From Dehalococcoidia bacterium (GTDB lineage: Bacteria; Chloroflexota; Dehalococcoidia; Bin125), in NCBI GenBank assembly GCA_965261225.1, contig OZ253456.1:1813864-1877863 (forward strand): a stretch of DNA of 64,000 bases. The letters are read 5' to 3'. Both the position numbers and the translations under genes were made by a program. Numbering within the stretch: position 1 is the first letter of the stretch; the number at the start of each line of letters is the position of its first letter. Below the pieces are notes generated by a model. That model was not told the DNA's origin. It was given only the letters and a program-made list of their open reading frames with translations, and did not search any database. Shown one piece after another: positions 38,534-49,538 of this stretch.

Positions 38534-39994
38534 ATGTCCGCTCTCGCTTCCGCACTGCCCAAATACGATCCTCGTCTCTTCAAGCGCAATATCCGCGTCT
38601 ACTACCTGTTCATGGCCTCGACCGGGTTCATGCTCTTTCTGCCGGTCTGGATCATCTACCTGATGAACGGACGCGGCCTGTCCCTGACAGAGGTCGGCGT
38701 CTTTGAATCGTTCTTCTGGCTCACGATCATCATCGCCGAGGTCCCGACCGGCGCAATCGCCGACCGATTCGGCAGGCGCGTCTCGTTGGCGCTCGGAGCC
38801 ATCCTGTTCGCGGTCTCCACCGTTATTTTCGCGATGGCCGACACGTTCTCGCTGCTGCTTGGCTCCTATCTCGTGATGGGCATCGCCCTAACCCTGTACT
38901 CGGGCGCCGGGGATGCGTTGCTCTACGACACCCTGCGAGTCCTGGGCCGGACAGGCGAATACGAGCGTCACGCGGGGCGTTCACATGGGCTGTTTTGGGC
39001 CATGATGGTGCTCGCGACGGCAATCGGCGGGCCGGCCGCCTATTTCCTGGGCTATTCCGCGGCCATCCTTGTTTCGGCCGGCTTCTTCCTCATCTCCGCC
39101 CTGGCCGCGCTGCTGCTCCGGGAACCGCCCCGCCGCGAGTCCGATTTCCCGCCGGATCCACTCCACGCGCCGCCTGCCGATGTCAAACACACGGCGGCGG
39201 ACCATGAGCCGGGTCCTGAGCCGGGTGGAGTGCCGGGTGGAGTGCCGATCTTCAACGAGATGATCGAGGGATTTCGGATCGTCTGGCGCAATCGCCCGAT
39301 TCGCTACTTGATTCCGTTCGCCGCGGTGCTGATCGCCCTGTTCGACTTGCCGCGCTTTCTGGCTCAGCCCTTTGTAGCGCAGCACGGCCTCGACCCGCTC
39401 GCCGGCGCGACCGACGGACTGATCTGGTCCGCATTGCTGATTCCCGGCTATGTCGGGACCATGCTGGGCATGTTGGCCGCCGCGAGACTGCTCGGCAAGT
39501 TGGGCGAGCGACGCTCCTTCCCCGCCATCCTCGCGTTTGGAGCCGTCTTCCTGATTCCGCTCGCGATCTGGAACCACCTCGGTCTGCTTGGCGCCATTTT
39601 CATGGTCAGCATTGCTCAGGCCGCAATTCGACCGATCGCTACCGGCTATATCAACCGACGCATCACTTCGGACCAACGTGCCACTGTGCTGTCCATCTTC
39701 TCGCTGGTCCACGGCGGCGCAATGAGCATCGTCATGATCGCGATCCTGCCGACAGCAGATTTCATCTCCTTCCCTGCCGCATTCGGACTGGCGCTGCTGG
39801 TGGTCGTGACCGTCGGCGTGGCGCTGTGGTTGCTCTGGCGGTTTGCCCATCGACGTGACCAGACAGAGCGGATCCGAGAGTGGTCGCTTACGGTTCCCAA
39901 GCCGCAGGCGCTTCACCATCGGCCGATGGTGAGTCAGAATGGTCATAGCGGCGAGAGGCCTGCTCTGTACCCAAATGCGCAGAACCTCGACTGA
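38534..39994 (+). CDS. MFS transporter
   Basis: EVPTGAIADRFGRR, SGAGDALLYD, RATVLS; about 12 TMs. Confidence 0.92.
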   Translation: MSALASALPKYDPRLFKRNIRVYYLFMASTGFMLFLPVWIIYLMNGRGLSLTEVGVFESFFWLTIIIAEVPTGAIADRFGRRVSLALGAILFAVSTVIFAMADTFSLLLGSYLVMGIALTLYSGAGDALLYDTLRVLGRTGEYERHAGRSHGLFWAMMVLATAIGGPAAYFLGYSAAILVSAGFFLISALAALLLREPPRRESDFPPDPLHAPPADVKHTAADHEPGPEPGGVPGGVPIFNEMIEGFRIVWRNRPIRYLIPFAAVLIALFDLPRFLAQPFVAQHGLDPLAGATDGLIWSALLIPGYVGTMLGMLAAARLLGKLGERRSFPAILAFGAVFLIPLAIWNHLGLLGAIFMVSIAQAAIRPIATGYINRRITSDQRATVLSIFSLVHGGAMSIVMIAILPTADFISFPAAFGLALLVVVTVGVALWLLWRFAHRRDQTERIREWSLTVPKPQALHHRPMVSQNGHSGERPALYPNAQNLD

Positions 39995-40084
39995 CGGGTA
40001 CCGAACTGTCGTCTCGGGCCCGCCTGAACTCCCTACGCTCTACTGCATTGCCAGCATTGACCGGTAGCCTGCACGCGCCTTCCG

Positions 40085-41539
40085 ATGACTCAAACTGAAC
40101 GCTTCGCGCGCAACATCCCGATCTACTACTTGTTCCAGTTCGCCACTGGATTCCTAATCTGGGTGCCCGTCTGGATCATCTTCCTGCAGGATGAACGCGG
40201 TCTCTCGCTGACCCAGGTTGGCTTGATCGAAGCCGTCTTCTGGGTCTCGATGTTCGTCGCGGAAGTCCCGACGGGTGCGATCGCCGATCGATGGGGACGT
40301 CGCACATCGCTCGCACTGGGCGGTTTCCTGTTCACGGCCGGGACCTTCGTGTTTGTCATCGCCGACAGCTTCGCGGGTCTCGCGATCGGCTACGTGATCA
40401 TGGCCGTGTCGATGACCCTCTATTCCGGGTCAGGACACGCACTGCTCTTCGACACCTTGCGCACGCTGGGTCGGAGTCGCGAGTACGAGAAACACATGGG
40501 CCGCTCGGAGGCGATGATGACCGGCGCGCTGCTTGGCGCGGCGCTCCTGGGTGGACCGATGGCCGGTCTCTGGGGACTGGAAGCCGTCTTCCTGATCGGC
40601 GCGGGCACGATGGCACTGGCTGGGGTTATCGCGCTCCTGCTCCGCGAGCCGCCTCGAACCGAGGCCGAGTTTGGCGAAGACGGGTTGCATGCCGCACCCA
40701 TTTCGGCCGTCGATGCTGCTGCCGATGATCGGTCGCCGCAAGGCATCGTCAGTTACATCCTTGATGGCTTCCGGATCGTGCTTCGGCAAAAACCCGTGCT
40801 CTGGATCATCCTTCTCGCGGGTGTCGTCACCGTGGCGTATGAAATGCCGAATTTCTTCGTGCAGCCGTTTCTCCGTCATCACGGACTCAGCCCATCGGGC
40901 GGTCTGATCGACGGCGCCATCTGGAGTGGGTTGATCGTTCCGGGATTCGCGGCGATGTCCGTCGGCTCACTCTTGGCTGCTCCCTTCGTGGCGCGGGTCG
41001 GCGAGCGCCGTGCCATCCCCATCTTGATGATTAGCGGGGCCTTCCTCTTTATCCCGCTGTTGATCTTCGACCACCTCAGCATCATCGCCCCAATCGCGAT
41101 TCTGGGCGGCGTTCACGCCGCGATCCGGCCAATTGCGACCGGATACATCAATCGACGCATCCGCTCCGATCAGCGGGCGACTGTGCTCTCGATCTTCGAG
41201 TTGATCATGGCCGCGCAGATGGCGCTGATCGTGCCGCTGATCTCGGCCTCTGCGGACAACATCGATTTCCGCTTCGCCTACGGACTCTCACTCGGCGTCG
41301 TGCTCACGGTCGGCGTGAGCTTCTGGCTCGTATGGCGAAAATCGCACCGCCGAGAACAAACCGACGCGCTGCGCCGAATCAGCATCCGCCCAGCCCCGCA
41401 GGCCAATGTCGGCCGGCTGATCGGCGCGAGCAACGTGGACCATGGCAACGGAGTTCAAGCCAATGGTGTCCACGCCGACGGCGTCGGGTCGGAGACATTG
41501 CCGGTGCTGACCGGTTCTGAGCGCGACGATCTCGCGTGA
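40085..41539 (+). CDS. MFS transporter (tandem paralog)
   Basis: EVPTGAIADRWGRR; shares AAIRPIATGYINRRI.SDQRATVLSIF with the upstream gene. Confidence 0.92.
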   Translation: MTQTERFARNIPIYYLFQFATGFLIWVPVWIIFLQDERGLSLTQVGLIEAVFWVSMFVAEVPTGAIADRWGRRTSLALGGFLFTAGTFVFVIADSFAGLAIGYVIMAVSMTLYSGSGHALLFDTLRTLGRSREYEKHMGRSEAMMTGALLGAALLGGPMAGLWGLEAVFLIGAGTMALAGVIALLLREPPRTEAEFGEDGLHAAPISAVDAAADDRSPQGIVSYILDGFRIVLRQKPVLWIILLAGVVTVAYEMPNFFVQPFLRHHGLSPSGGLIDGAIWSGLIVPGFAAMSVGSLLAAPFVARVGERRAIPILMISGAFLFIPLLIFDHLSIIAPIAILGGVHAAIRPIATGYINRRIRSDQRATVLSIFELIMAAQMALIVPLISASADNIDFRFAYGLSLGVVLTVGVSFWLVWRKSHRREQTDALRRISIRPAPQANVGRLIGASNVDHGNGVQANGVHADGVGSETLPVLTGSERDDLA

Positions 41540-41620
41540 GTCGATCGCCGACGGACGGCGCTCCGCTCCAATATTCGTTCACGGATTCGACTCTTATCGA
41601 CCGACTAACTTCACTCCCGC

Positions 41621-42829
41621 TCAAGCCACAATCTCGCGCTCGCGCAGCGACGCAACTTGGTCCGCACTGAATCCAAGCGCGGTAAGCAGCTCTTCGGTGT
41701 CCTGACCGCGAGCCGGCGCGCCGCCTCGGATGCGTCCCGGCGTTGCCGACAACTTTGGCGCCACTCCAGCCTGGCGCATCACGCCGCCATCAGGGGTCGG
41801 CACCTCGACCACCATCTCGCGGGCAATGTTGTGTTCGTTGTTCAACGCCTCCTCCAGGCTGAGCACCGGCTTGGCGCAGACATCGACATCGTTGAGCAGC
41901 GTGTGCCACTCATCGGCCGTTCGAGTCTTGAAGGCCCTTGCGAACGCCGCGCGCATTTCCTCTCGACGTTCGATGTCGGACGTGCCCTGGTCGTCGCTGA
42001 ACTGCTCGACGTCCAACACTCGACACAGGTTGGCGTAGAAGTACGGCTCCATCGACCCAACCGAGAACCAACGCCCGTCCGCGGTCTCGTAGACCTGATA
42101 GTGCGGCTCGCCTCCATTGAGCACATGTTGAGCCGGACGCATGTCGGCGCCGGCGCCTTCGGCTCCCGCCATGGCTGACGTGATTAGCGACATCGCTCCA
42201 TCCGACATTCCGAGATCGATGTACTGACCCTCGTCAGTGCGCTCCCGCGCCTGTAGCGCGCAGACGATGGCGAATGCCGCCATCAGGCCGCCGCCGGCGA
42301 AGTCGGCGATGATGTTGACCGGAATCGCCGGACGTCCGCCCGTCGCGTAGTCGCCGATCATGCCGAGCGCGCCGGCGGTGGCGATGTAGTTGATGTCGTG
42401 TCCAACGTGCGACGCATAGGGTCCGGTCTGGCCGAATCCAGACAACGAGCAATAGACCAGTCGCGGATTTCGGGCGGACAGTGTCTCCCAGTCGACGCCC
42501 AGCCGCTTAACGACGCCCGGACGGAACCCTTCCAGCACCACGTCGGCGCTGTCGGCGAGCTGATAGAAGATGTCGCGCGCCTCGTCGGACTTGAGGTTCA
42601 GTCCGATTGAGCGCTTACCTCGTCCGAGTGCGTAGGAGGAGAAGCGCCGACGCTCTTCGTTCGGGTCCTTGCCGGCGATGTCGCGTCGTCCGCGTGGTCG
42701 TCCCGCCTGCTCGACCAGGATCACTTCCGCCCCCATATCGGCCAGCAGCATCGAGCAGTATGGTCCCGGCGCCAGCGCCGAAAGATCGACGACGCGAATC
42801 CCGTCCAACGGTCCGTCCAAGGTTGTCAT
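41621..42829 (-). CDS. Class III CoA-transferase / alpha-methylacyl-CoA racemase-like
   Basis: LAPGPYC...ADMGA, EGFRPGV..RLG, GHDINY, ADFAGGG. Confidence 0.92.
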   Translation of the reverse strand: MTTLDGPLDGIRVVDLSALAPGPYCSMLLADMGAEVILVEQAGRPRGRRDIAGKDPNEERRRFSSYALGRGKRSIGLNLKSDEARDIFYQLADSADVVLEGFRPGVVKRLGVDWETLSARNPRLVYCSLSGFGQTGPYASHVGHDINYIATAGALGMIGDYATGGRPAIPVNIIADFAGGGLMAAFAIVCALQARERTDEGQYIDLGMSDGAMSLITSAMAGAEGAGADMRPAQHVLNGGEPHYQVYETADGRWFSVGSMEPYFYANLCRVLDVEQFSDDQGTSDIERREEMRAAFARAFKTRTADEWHTLLNDVDVCAKPVLSLEEALNNEHNIAREMVVEVPTPDGGVMRQAGVAPKLSATPGRIRGGAPARGQDTEELLTALGFSADQVASLREREIVA

Positions 42830-42869
42830 CGGATCTGCCCTTCTCTGACCAGCGCATGCACTGCCCAGA

Positions 42870-43928
42870 TTAGGACTCGGGCTGGAACAGCCGATGCTGG
42901 GGGGCGACCTGGAAGACCCAGAGGAAGATCAGGCCTGTCAAAGAGATTGGAATGAGAACCAGCCCGTGCAAAATGGCCGCGAAGGCCACGGCCGTCGACT
43001 CCGCGTCCTGCATCCCGACCGCTCCCAGGGTCGGTAGCCAGATCAACAGCGTTGCTTTTGTCGCCCACTCGAACGGACCGACGCCGCCGGCGGTCGATGG
43101 CGCCGTGATCAGCAGATTCGCCGCCGCTGCGACCAGCAGATAGACAGGGAATGGCAAACCGAGGTGAAACGCCTGTCCGACCATCCAATACATCAGGGCT
43201 TCGAGCGCCCAGGCAATCAGGCTGGCGACCAGCGCGCCAATCACCTGTTTCCGATTCGCCTGCGCCGACATCCCGGTGATCAACGGGCCCAACAGCTTCC
43301 ATTCTCGCTGCGACTGTCCGGGCAGCCGACCGAGGAGTCGGCCGATGATGCGCTCGGCATCAGTTGGGTGGCGAGCGATCGCCCCGAACACGAGGAATGC
43401 CCCCGTGATGCCAAAGACCAGGAAGGACATCGCGCCGGTCAACTCGTCGCTGGCGTCGGTCATGCCCCAGAGTCCGACCAGGCTGGCAATCACGCCGATC
43501 ACGAGGAAGCAGGTCAGCATCAGCCCGTCGTAGACGCGCGTCATGAAGATGCTTGAGAGGCCGGTCAGTCGGGAGATGTCGTGCAACTGATACAACACGT
43601 GCGCTCGGACAAACTCTCCCGCTCTGAGCGGAAGCACGTTGTTCACCCCGAATCCGATCGCAACGATGGGAAACAGGCGCCACCAGGAGATGTTCTTGAT
43701 GTGCAGTAACAACCAGTGCCAGCGCCAGGCTCGAGCCGCAATGCCGGCGAAGTAGACAACCAGCGCCGGTCCGATCCACCAGGCCGACACCTCGGTGAAC
43801 GCGCGACCGACCTGGTGAAAGTCTGCATTTCGCAAGAACAGCACGAGGAAGACGGTGCTGCCGCCCAGACCTAACGCCAGACGCGCAAACGGACCTGTGG
43901 CCCAACCTGGAATCCGTATTGTCATCAC
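42870..43928 (-). CDS. Lysylphosphatidylglycerol synthase TM-domain (flippase-like) protein
   Basis: RAWRW, NNVLPLRAGEFVR, R.YD, PSTAGGVGPFE. Confidence 0.88.
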   Translation of the reverse strand: MMTIRIPGWATGPFARLALGLGGSTVFLVLFLRNADFHQVGRAFTEVSAWWIGPALVVYFAGIAARAWRWHWLLLHIKNISWWRLFPIVAIGFGVNNVLPLRAGEFVRAHVLYQLHDISRLTGLSSIFMTRVYDGLMLTCFLVIGVIASLVGLWGMTDASDELTGAMSFLVFGITGAFLVFGAIARHPTDAERIIGRLLGRLPGQSQREWKLLGPLITGMSAQANRKQVIGALVASLIAWALEALMYWMVGQAFHLGLPFPVYLLVAAAANLLITAPSTAGGVGPFEWATKATLLIWLPTLGAVGMQDAESTAVAFAAILHGLVLIPISLTGLIFLWVFQVAPQHRLFQPES

Positions 43929-43954
43929 CGACCCCGCCGTTACTCAGGCGGAGG

Positions 43955-44950
43955 CTAGCCCGCCTCGATCCGACGCGGAGGTAGCCGCAACGCCTCCCGG
44001 AGCCCCTGGGCCACTCGTTGGCCGCTTCCTCTCAGCTGCGCGTGACGCAAGATGATCTGTGCTTGCACGTAGCGTCCGCCCTCAACCGCGGAGAATGCGA
44101 TGAAGGCCACGACTCCGCCGGCGAGGATGTCGGCGACGTAATGCTCGCCCAGGTACACCAACGAGAAAGTCAACGCCGCGGAGTAGAGCAGGGCAACCGT
44201 CACCACCCAACGCGAGCGGAGCACGATGCCGACTCCGACCACGACAAAGGACGCGGCGAAGTGGAGCGACGGCATCGCGGCGATGGGATTCGGTTCGGCC
44301 ATGGTGTCGAAGGCCCATTTGTAGAAATCGACGCCCAGTATGGCCGGTCCGACGGAATTCATGCCGCGGGCGATTCCCTCGATCAGGCCCTGGTCGGACG
44401 CCATCCATGGTGGGGCGGTCGGCACCGTGAAGTACAGCAGGACGCCGAGGTAGAAAGTGAGCGCCACGATGATCGTGACGCGCCAGGCCATCTTGCGTGC
44501 AAACAGCCATACGCCGATCACGGCGGCATGCGGGAACACAAACCAGGTCCAGTGAATGATCGCTGAGAAAAACGCGGGAAATCCCGGGTCGGAACCGGCG
44601 CCGCCGATCCGCGCCTGTAGCCAGGCGGACGGCGTGACGCCGGCGAACATCCACAGCTCCCAGTCGAGTACGTAGCCGGTCAACGTGCGCAGACCGGTCT
44701 CGTCGGCGGCATCGCGGAGCTGAATGAAGAAGGCCATTGCGACGGCGTAGGCAACGAGGATGCCCCAATCGCCCCATCGCCGGGCGAGGACAAACACCGC
44801 CACCACAGCGATTCCGCTGATCGGAGCAAATACGACCGGTTCCAGAGAGACGGTCTGGCGCAGAAACAACGCAATCAGCCCGACCGCCAATGCGGCCCAG
44901 CAGACGGCCCCGATTGCCTCTCGACTGCTGATGCTCTGCACCCGACGCAC
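43955..44950 (-). CDS. PAP2/Aur1-like membrane phosphoesterase
   Basis: PTAPPW, NPIAAMPSLH, VYLGEHYVAD; GGGAGG RBS before GTG 44950. Confidence 0.88.
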   Translation of the reverse strand: MRRVQSISSREAIGAVCWAALAVGLIALFLRQTVSLEPVVFAPISGIAVVAVFVLARRWGDWGILVAYAVAMAFFIQLRDAADETGLRTLTGYVLDWELWMFAGVTPSAWLQARIGGAGSDPGFPAFFSAIIHWTWFVFPHAAVIGVWLFARKMAWRVTIIVALTFYLGVLLYFTVPTAPPWMASDQGLIEGIARGMNSVGPAILGVDFYKWAFDTMAEPNPIAAMPSLHFAASFVVVGVGIVLRSRWVVTVALLYSAALTFSLVYLGEHYVADILAGGVVAFIAFSAVEGGRYVQAQIILRHAQLRGSGQRVAQGLREALRLPPRRIEAG

Positions 44951-45081
44951 GCCCGCGTTGCCCTCCCGCTCTGCCCGATCAGATTGCCTGCATGATCGGC
45001 CGTAGTAGCGCAATCAAGCCTACCGACTCTGGCGATACAGGTTAACGATCTGTGCACGCGATGTCTTAACCACGCGTTGTC

Positions 45082-45831
45082 TTAACGGGGTGTGGACAGC
45101 CGTTCGGAAATCAGACGGGCAATCGCATCGATGTCTGTCAGCTGAGATTGCGCCCGCGTCTCGTCGCACTGTCCACCGCCCTCAGCATTGCCATCCTGAG
45201 AGGTGATCTCAATCGCATTCTTGAGAAAGACGAGCGCGTTCCTCTGGGCAAAGACGAGCAGCTCCGATAACCAACAACCACCGCTGTGGCCGGAGATCAG
45301 CCGGATTGATACCGCCGCGTCACCGACGACCGGGGTTGGCCGAAACTCCGCAGAGAACAACTCGGGATGAGGCACGATGAACCCCATCAGAGTAGGCGGT
45401 TGCGAGGCGAGATACTTCACCCAATCAGTCGCCGCTTGTTGCGATCTGTCGGTGATGACATGAACCCAGAACGTTTCTTGCGTCGGACTGTCCAATGTAG
45501 GTTGATAGAGCAACCCGACCGATTCCTCTCTGCGTCTGGGCAACGCGCTGACGAGTTGATCATCCGCTTCCTGCAGCAGCAGGTCCAACGGGACCGAAAT
45601 TCCTGTTGATTCCAGATGATCCCCGACAACTTCGTCGGGGATCTCCAGCGTGAAGCCTTCAATTGGGTTCAACACCTGCGTTACTGGAAGATCTAGGGGC
45701 GGTTGCCCCGTCGGCGGATCGACCTGAGGTGTTGGATCGGGCTGCTGGCCGTTTCCATTACAGGCCGAGACGGTCGCCGTCATCAGAGCAACGATGGCAA
45801 TCAGTCCGGCTGCGATCAACCAACGTGGCAC
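45082..45831 (-). CDS. Hypothetical lipoprotein
   Basis: Hydrophobic signal ending VSAC; GTG 45831 just after the kinase stop. Confidence 0.65.
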   Translation of the reverse strand: MPRWLIAAGLIAIVALMTATVSACNGNGQQPDPTPQVDPPTGQPPLDLPVTQVLNPIEGFTLEIPDEVVGDHLESTGISVPLDLLLQEADDQLVSALPRRREESVGLLYQPTLDSPTQETFWVHVITDRSQQAATDWVKYLASQPPTLMGFIVPHPELFSAEFRPTPVVGDAAVSIRLISGHSGGCWLSELLVFAQRNALVFLKNAIEITSQDGNAEGGGQCDETRAQSQLTDIDAIARLISERLSTPR

Positions 45832-45832
45832 G

Positions 45833-47389
45833 TTAGCCGTGCTCCGCAATCGAGGGTTCCCCAGCATCGCGAATCGCTTCAACTAGCTCGCCGTCTCCAC
45901 GAGCGGCCAGCAGCACAATGTGGAACGTCGTGCCGACTCCCTGCGCGCTCGACACCCGAATCTCTCCTCCTTGTGCCCGCACCAGCTCACGAGCGATCGC
46001 CAGACCCAGCCCGGTGCCGCCTTGCGCGCCCGGCCTGTCCGACTTGTAGTAGCGGTCGAACAAATTGGGAATTGCTTCCTCAGGAATGCCAACGCCGGTG
46101 TCGGCGACCGCAATCGACACGCTGCCCTGGCTCTCGCTCCGTGCGCTCAACTGTACGTCGCCGCCCGGCGGCGTGTGGCGCAGGGCGTTGTCAAGCAGGT
46201 TGCCCAAGACCTGGTCCAGCCGGTCCCAATCCCCGAGCACATCGCCGACATTCGAGGGAGCCACAGACAGATTGACTTCGAGCTCCTGAGCCCTCAGCGC
46301 GAACAGATCGCCAACGTGTTCGAGCAAGGAGGCAACATCCACAGGATTCGACTCCACATCGTCCTGCCCAGACTCAATCCGTGACAGGTCCAACAGCCCT
46401 TCAACCAGCCGCAACAGGCGCCGCGACTCGTCCTCAATAATCCGATAGGCGTTTCGCTGCTCGTCGCCTTTCACCACATCGTCCATGAGCGCCTGCGAAA
46501 AGCCGTTGATCGAGGTCAATGGAGTCTGAAGATCATGCGAGACATTAGCCAGGAAGTCTCGCAACGCGGTCTGTTGGCGCTCGACCTCCTCAGCCATCTG
46601 GTTGAACGATCGGGCGAGCTCCTGCGCTTCCTGAGATCCACCGACGTCAACCCGTTGCTGCAGTTGTCCGCGAGCCACACTGCGCGATGCCGCCGCGACA
46701 CGCTGAATCGGTCGATAGATCGAACGAGACACGAGGAAGCCCACCAATGAGGCGACCACCAGTGCAATCGCGCCCGCGCTCAACAAGTTTGGCGCCAGGT
46801 CCGCCAACAATGCCCCTCGTGACTCCCCCACCAACGCCACCACCACGCAGCAATAGCCTTGCCGCTCCTCTTCTTCCTTGGGCAGGCTGGTCAGGACGTA
46901 GGCCAGCCGCTCGCCGTCGTCCGTCGTGAGCTGTCCTTGCACGATCTGGTTCGTGTCCAATGCGCCGAGATCGAGGGTCAGTCGCTCGCCGAGAAAACGA
47001 TCACCCGATTCCAGCACGCGCACGACCTCGCCCGAGGACGTCACACCCAAGACCGGAACATCGAGCTCGCTCACAATCGAGCCGGAGAGGCGCCGCTCGG
47101 TCTGAAAACTACGCAACAGGTTCTCCGGGCGCAGCAGATTGTCCGGCTCACGGCCTTCCCACTCCTCAGTGAACAGTTCGGGAGCCCAGGCGGCCGCCAA
47201 TTCGCGCAAGCGGGACTGATCAACTCGGTCCTGGTACCCGCCGAGCAACAGGAAGCTGATCAATCCGACCACGAGCAGCGTCAGCACGACGATCGCGACC
47301 AGGGTCACGTAGATCCGAGAGCGAATCGTACTGAACTGCAACCACGGCCAGCCCAGAGTGGGTAACCGTCGCTGCGTTCCGGGGATCAT
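45833..47389 (-). CDS. HAMP-domain sensor histidine kinase
   Basis: Two TMs, HAMP, VSHDLQTPL, NLLDNALRH, DTGVGI, GTGLGLAI. Confidence 0.95.
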   Translation of the reverse strand: MIPGTQRRLPTLGWPWLQFSTIRSRIYVTLVAIVVLTLLVVGLISFLLLGGYQDRVDQSRLRELAAAWAPELFTEEWEGREPDNLLRPENLLRSFQTERRLSGSIVSELDVPVLGVTSSGEVVRVLESGDRFLGERLTLDLGALDTNQIVQGQLTTDDGERLAYVLTSLPKEEEERQGYCCVVVALVGESRGALLADLAPNLLSAGAIALVVASLVGFLVSRSIYRPIQRVAAASRSVARGQLQQRVDVGGSQEAQELARSFNQMAEEVERQQTALRDFLANVSHDLQTPLTSINGFSQALMDDVVKGDEQRNAYRIIEDESRRLLRLVEGLLDLSRIESGQDDVESNPVDVASLLEHVGDLFALRAQELEVNLSVAPSNVGDVLGDWDRLDQVLGNLLDNALRHTPPGGDVQLSARSESQGSVSIAVADTGVGIPEEAIPNLFDRYYKSDRPGAQGGTGLGLAIARELVRAQGGEIRVSSAQGVGTTFHIVLLAARGDGELVEAIRDAGEPSIAEHG

Positions 47390-47425
47390 GGGATGCGCCC
47401 TGTCGGCAACGATGGTTGAGGCCGG

Positions 47426-48139
47426 TTAGTCGGCGTCGCCGTTGGGCGACAGAGAGAGACAGGACGGGTTGTCACGCATGGTCATCTTGTAGCCGACTCC
47501 CCGCAGCGTTTCGATCTGCAAGTCGCTGTCGCGCAAGTGTTGACGCAGATGGTTGATGTGCACATCAACCGTGCGCGTCTCTCCACTGAAGGTGTAGCCC
47601 CAGACCAAGGACAGCAGTTGTTCTCGAGACATCACCGTTTGCAGGTTCTGCGCCAGCGCGAACAGCAGGTCGAACTCTTTGGTCCGAAGCTTCAGCGAGG
47701 CTCCACCCAGCGTGGCCTCTCGCGTCTGGCGATTGAGGATCAGACTGCCAACTGCGACCTCGACGCCAGAGCGCGAGATTCCGTCGGCCCGGCGCAAAAT
47801 TGCCTTGACCCGGGCGACCAGCTCCTTGGGATTGAACGGCTTGGTCAGGTAGTCGTCGGCGCCCAGCTCGAAGCCGGCCACCTTGACGGCATCCTCACGT
47901 CGCACCGTCAGCATCAGGATCGGAACATCGGAGTCCTGACGGATTCCCTTGGTGACCTCGAAGCCGTCCAGTTTGGGCATCATCAGGTCGAGAACAACCA
48001 GGTCCGGTTGCAGCATGACCGCCTTTTCAAGGGCTTCCTGGCCGTCCGAGGCGAACTCCAGCTCGTATCCCTCCCTCGAGAGGTACAGCCGAACCAACTC
48101 ACGAATGTGGGGTTCGTCATCAGCGATGAGTATTTTCAT
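47426..48139 (-). CDS. OmpR-family response regulator
   Basis: ILIADDE, LDLMMP, GADDYLTKPF, RTVDVHI, TLRGVGYK. Confidence 0.95.
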   Translation of the reverse strand: MKILIADDEPHIRELVRLYLSREGYELEFASDGQEALEKAVMLQPDLVVLDLMMPKLDGFEVTKGIRQDSDVPILMLTVRREDAVKVAGFELGADDYLTKPFNPKELVARVKAILRRADGISRSGVEVAVGSLILNRQTREATLGGASLKLRTKEFDLLFALAQNLQTVMSREQLLSLVWGYTFSGETRTVDVHINHLRQHLRDSDLQIETLRGVGYKMTMRDNPSCLSLSPNGDAD

Positions 48140-48279
48140 GGCGTTCGCCTGCCAGCCAACCAAAATTCACTATAGAACCTGAATCCTTAGAAGACGCGGT
48201 TCGCGAACAGCATCCGTGCAATGCTGCGAACCGCGAGTCATTGATAGCCTCTACGTGTTCGAATTCCGAGGAGTACCAC

Positions 48280-49536
48280 ATGCCGCGTCGCGAAATACCT
48301 GCTGGGGTCGAAGTCCGAGCTGCCAACGCCGAAGAAATGGAAGATTTCCGCTTCATCGCCAACCTGGCGCTGCAGGAACACGGCAATCCGATGCGCGACC
48401 CGGTCACCTTCCTGCAGCCCGAGTGGTCGACGTGTGTCTTCGAACACGGCTCGCTGTCCACGACCTTCGGCGCCTGGCCGTTCTCAATGCGGTTCAACGG
48501 CGAACGCGCGCACGTCGCCGGTGTCACCGCCGTCGGCACCGACCCGACCAAGCGCCGCCGCGGCTACCTGCGTTTCGCAATGGAACACTCTCTGGATGAG
48601 CAATACGAGCGTGGACAGTCGCTGGCCGCGCTGTACGCGTCGCAAGCCGGCATCTACCAGCGCTTCGGCTACGCGATTTGCTCGCGAAGCCATCGCTACG
48701 AGATCGACCCGCTCGATCTGAACTTCGTCCAGGCGCCGACGCCAACGGGACAACTGAGCATCGCCAACGCCAAGGACCTGCCGGAAGACGCAGTGGTGGT
48801 CCGCGACCTCTACCGCAAATTCATGCAGCCACGCAACGGCTTGCTGCATCGAGGTCTCAATCTGTGGAATGCCGAGGTGTTGTCGGAGCCTGACGACATC
48901 CAGGAAGGTCCGATTCGCGTCCTGCTCTATGAAGAGGACGGCGAAGCGCTGGGCTACATGGTCTACACGAGCCGCGAGGACCGCTCCCTGAACGCGTTCA
49001 GCGCCGGTCAACGCGACCAGAAGATGACCATCCGCGAGTACGGCTGGCTCACGCCCGAGGCCTACGTCGCGATGTGGCAATTCGCGGCCGGACAGGACCT
49101 CGTCTACCGCATCCACCTCAACGACGCGCCGTCCGACGACCCAATCCAGCACTTCGCCCGCGACCCGCGCACACTCCGCGTCGATGTCGGCGACGGCATC
49201 CTGGTCCGCATCGTCGACCTGCCGCGCGCGCTCATGACTCGCAACTATCAGGTCGAGTCCGAGCTAACCTTCCGCGTGATCGACGATCTCTGCGACTGGA
49301 ACCAGGGAACCTGGAAGCTGTCAACCGGTCCCGAGGGCGCCGACATCCGCCAGGTCGATGAAGCACCGCAACTGACAATGGACGTGTTCACAATGGCGCA
49401 CCTCGCAACCGGCGCGCTATCGGCGACCTACGCACACCGGCTGGGCCGAATCGAAGCGTCCGACAAGTCTGCGCTCATCAGGGCCGACCACCTCTTCGCG
49501 ACCGAGTACGCCATGCACTGCATGAATCACTTCTAG
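48280..49536 (+). CDS. Eis-like GNAT acetyltransferase
   Basis: VTAVGTDPTKRRRG, LYASQAGIYQRFGY, RIVDL..AL, SCP-like C-terminus ending in F. Confidence 0.9.
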   Translation: MPRREIPAGVEVRAANAEEMEDFRFIANLALQEHGNPMRDPVTFLQPEWSTCVFEHGSLSTTFGAWPFSMRFNGERAHVAGVTAVGTDPTKRRRGYLRFAMEHSLDEQYERGQSLAALYASQAGIYQRFGYAICSRSHRYEIDPLDLNFVQAPTPTGQLSIANAKDLPEDAVVVRDLYRKFMQPRNGLLHRGLNLWNAEVLSEPDDIQEGPIRVLLYEEDGEALGYMVYTSREDRSLNAFSAGQRDQKMTIREYGWLTPEAYVAMWQFAAGQDLVYRIHLNDAPSDDPIQHFARDPRTLRVDVGDGILVRIVDLPRALMTRNYQVESELTFRVIDDLCDWNQGTWKLSTGPEGADIRQVDEAPQLTMDVFTMAHLATGALSATYAHRLGRIEASDKSALIRADHLFATEYAMHCMNHF

Positions 49537-49538
49537 CG

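Noticed and set aside
48280-49536. Eis as an aminoglycoside-resistance determinant
   Set aside because: The family is widespread and substrate cannot be inferred from sequence
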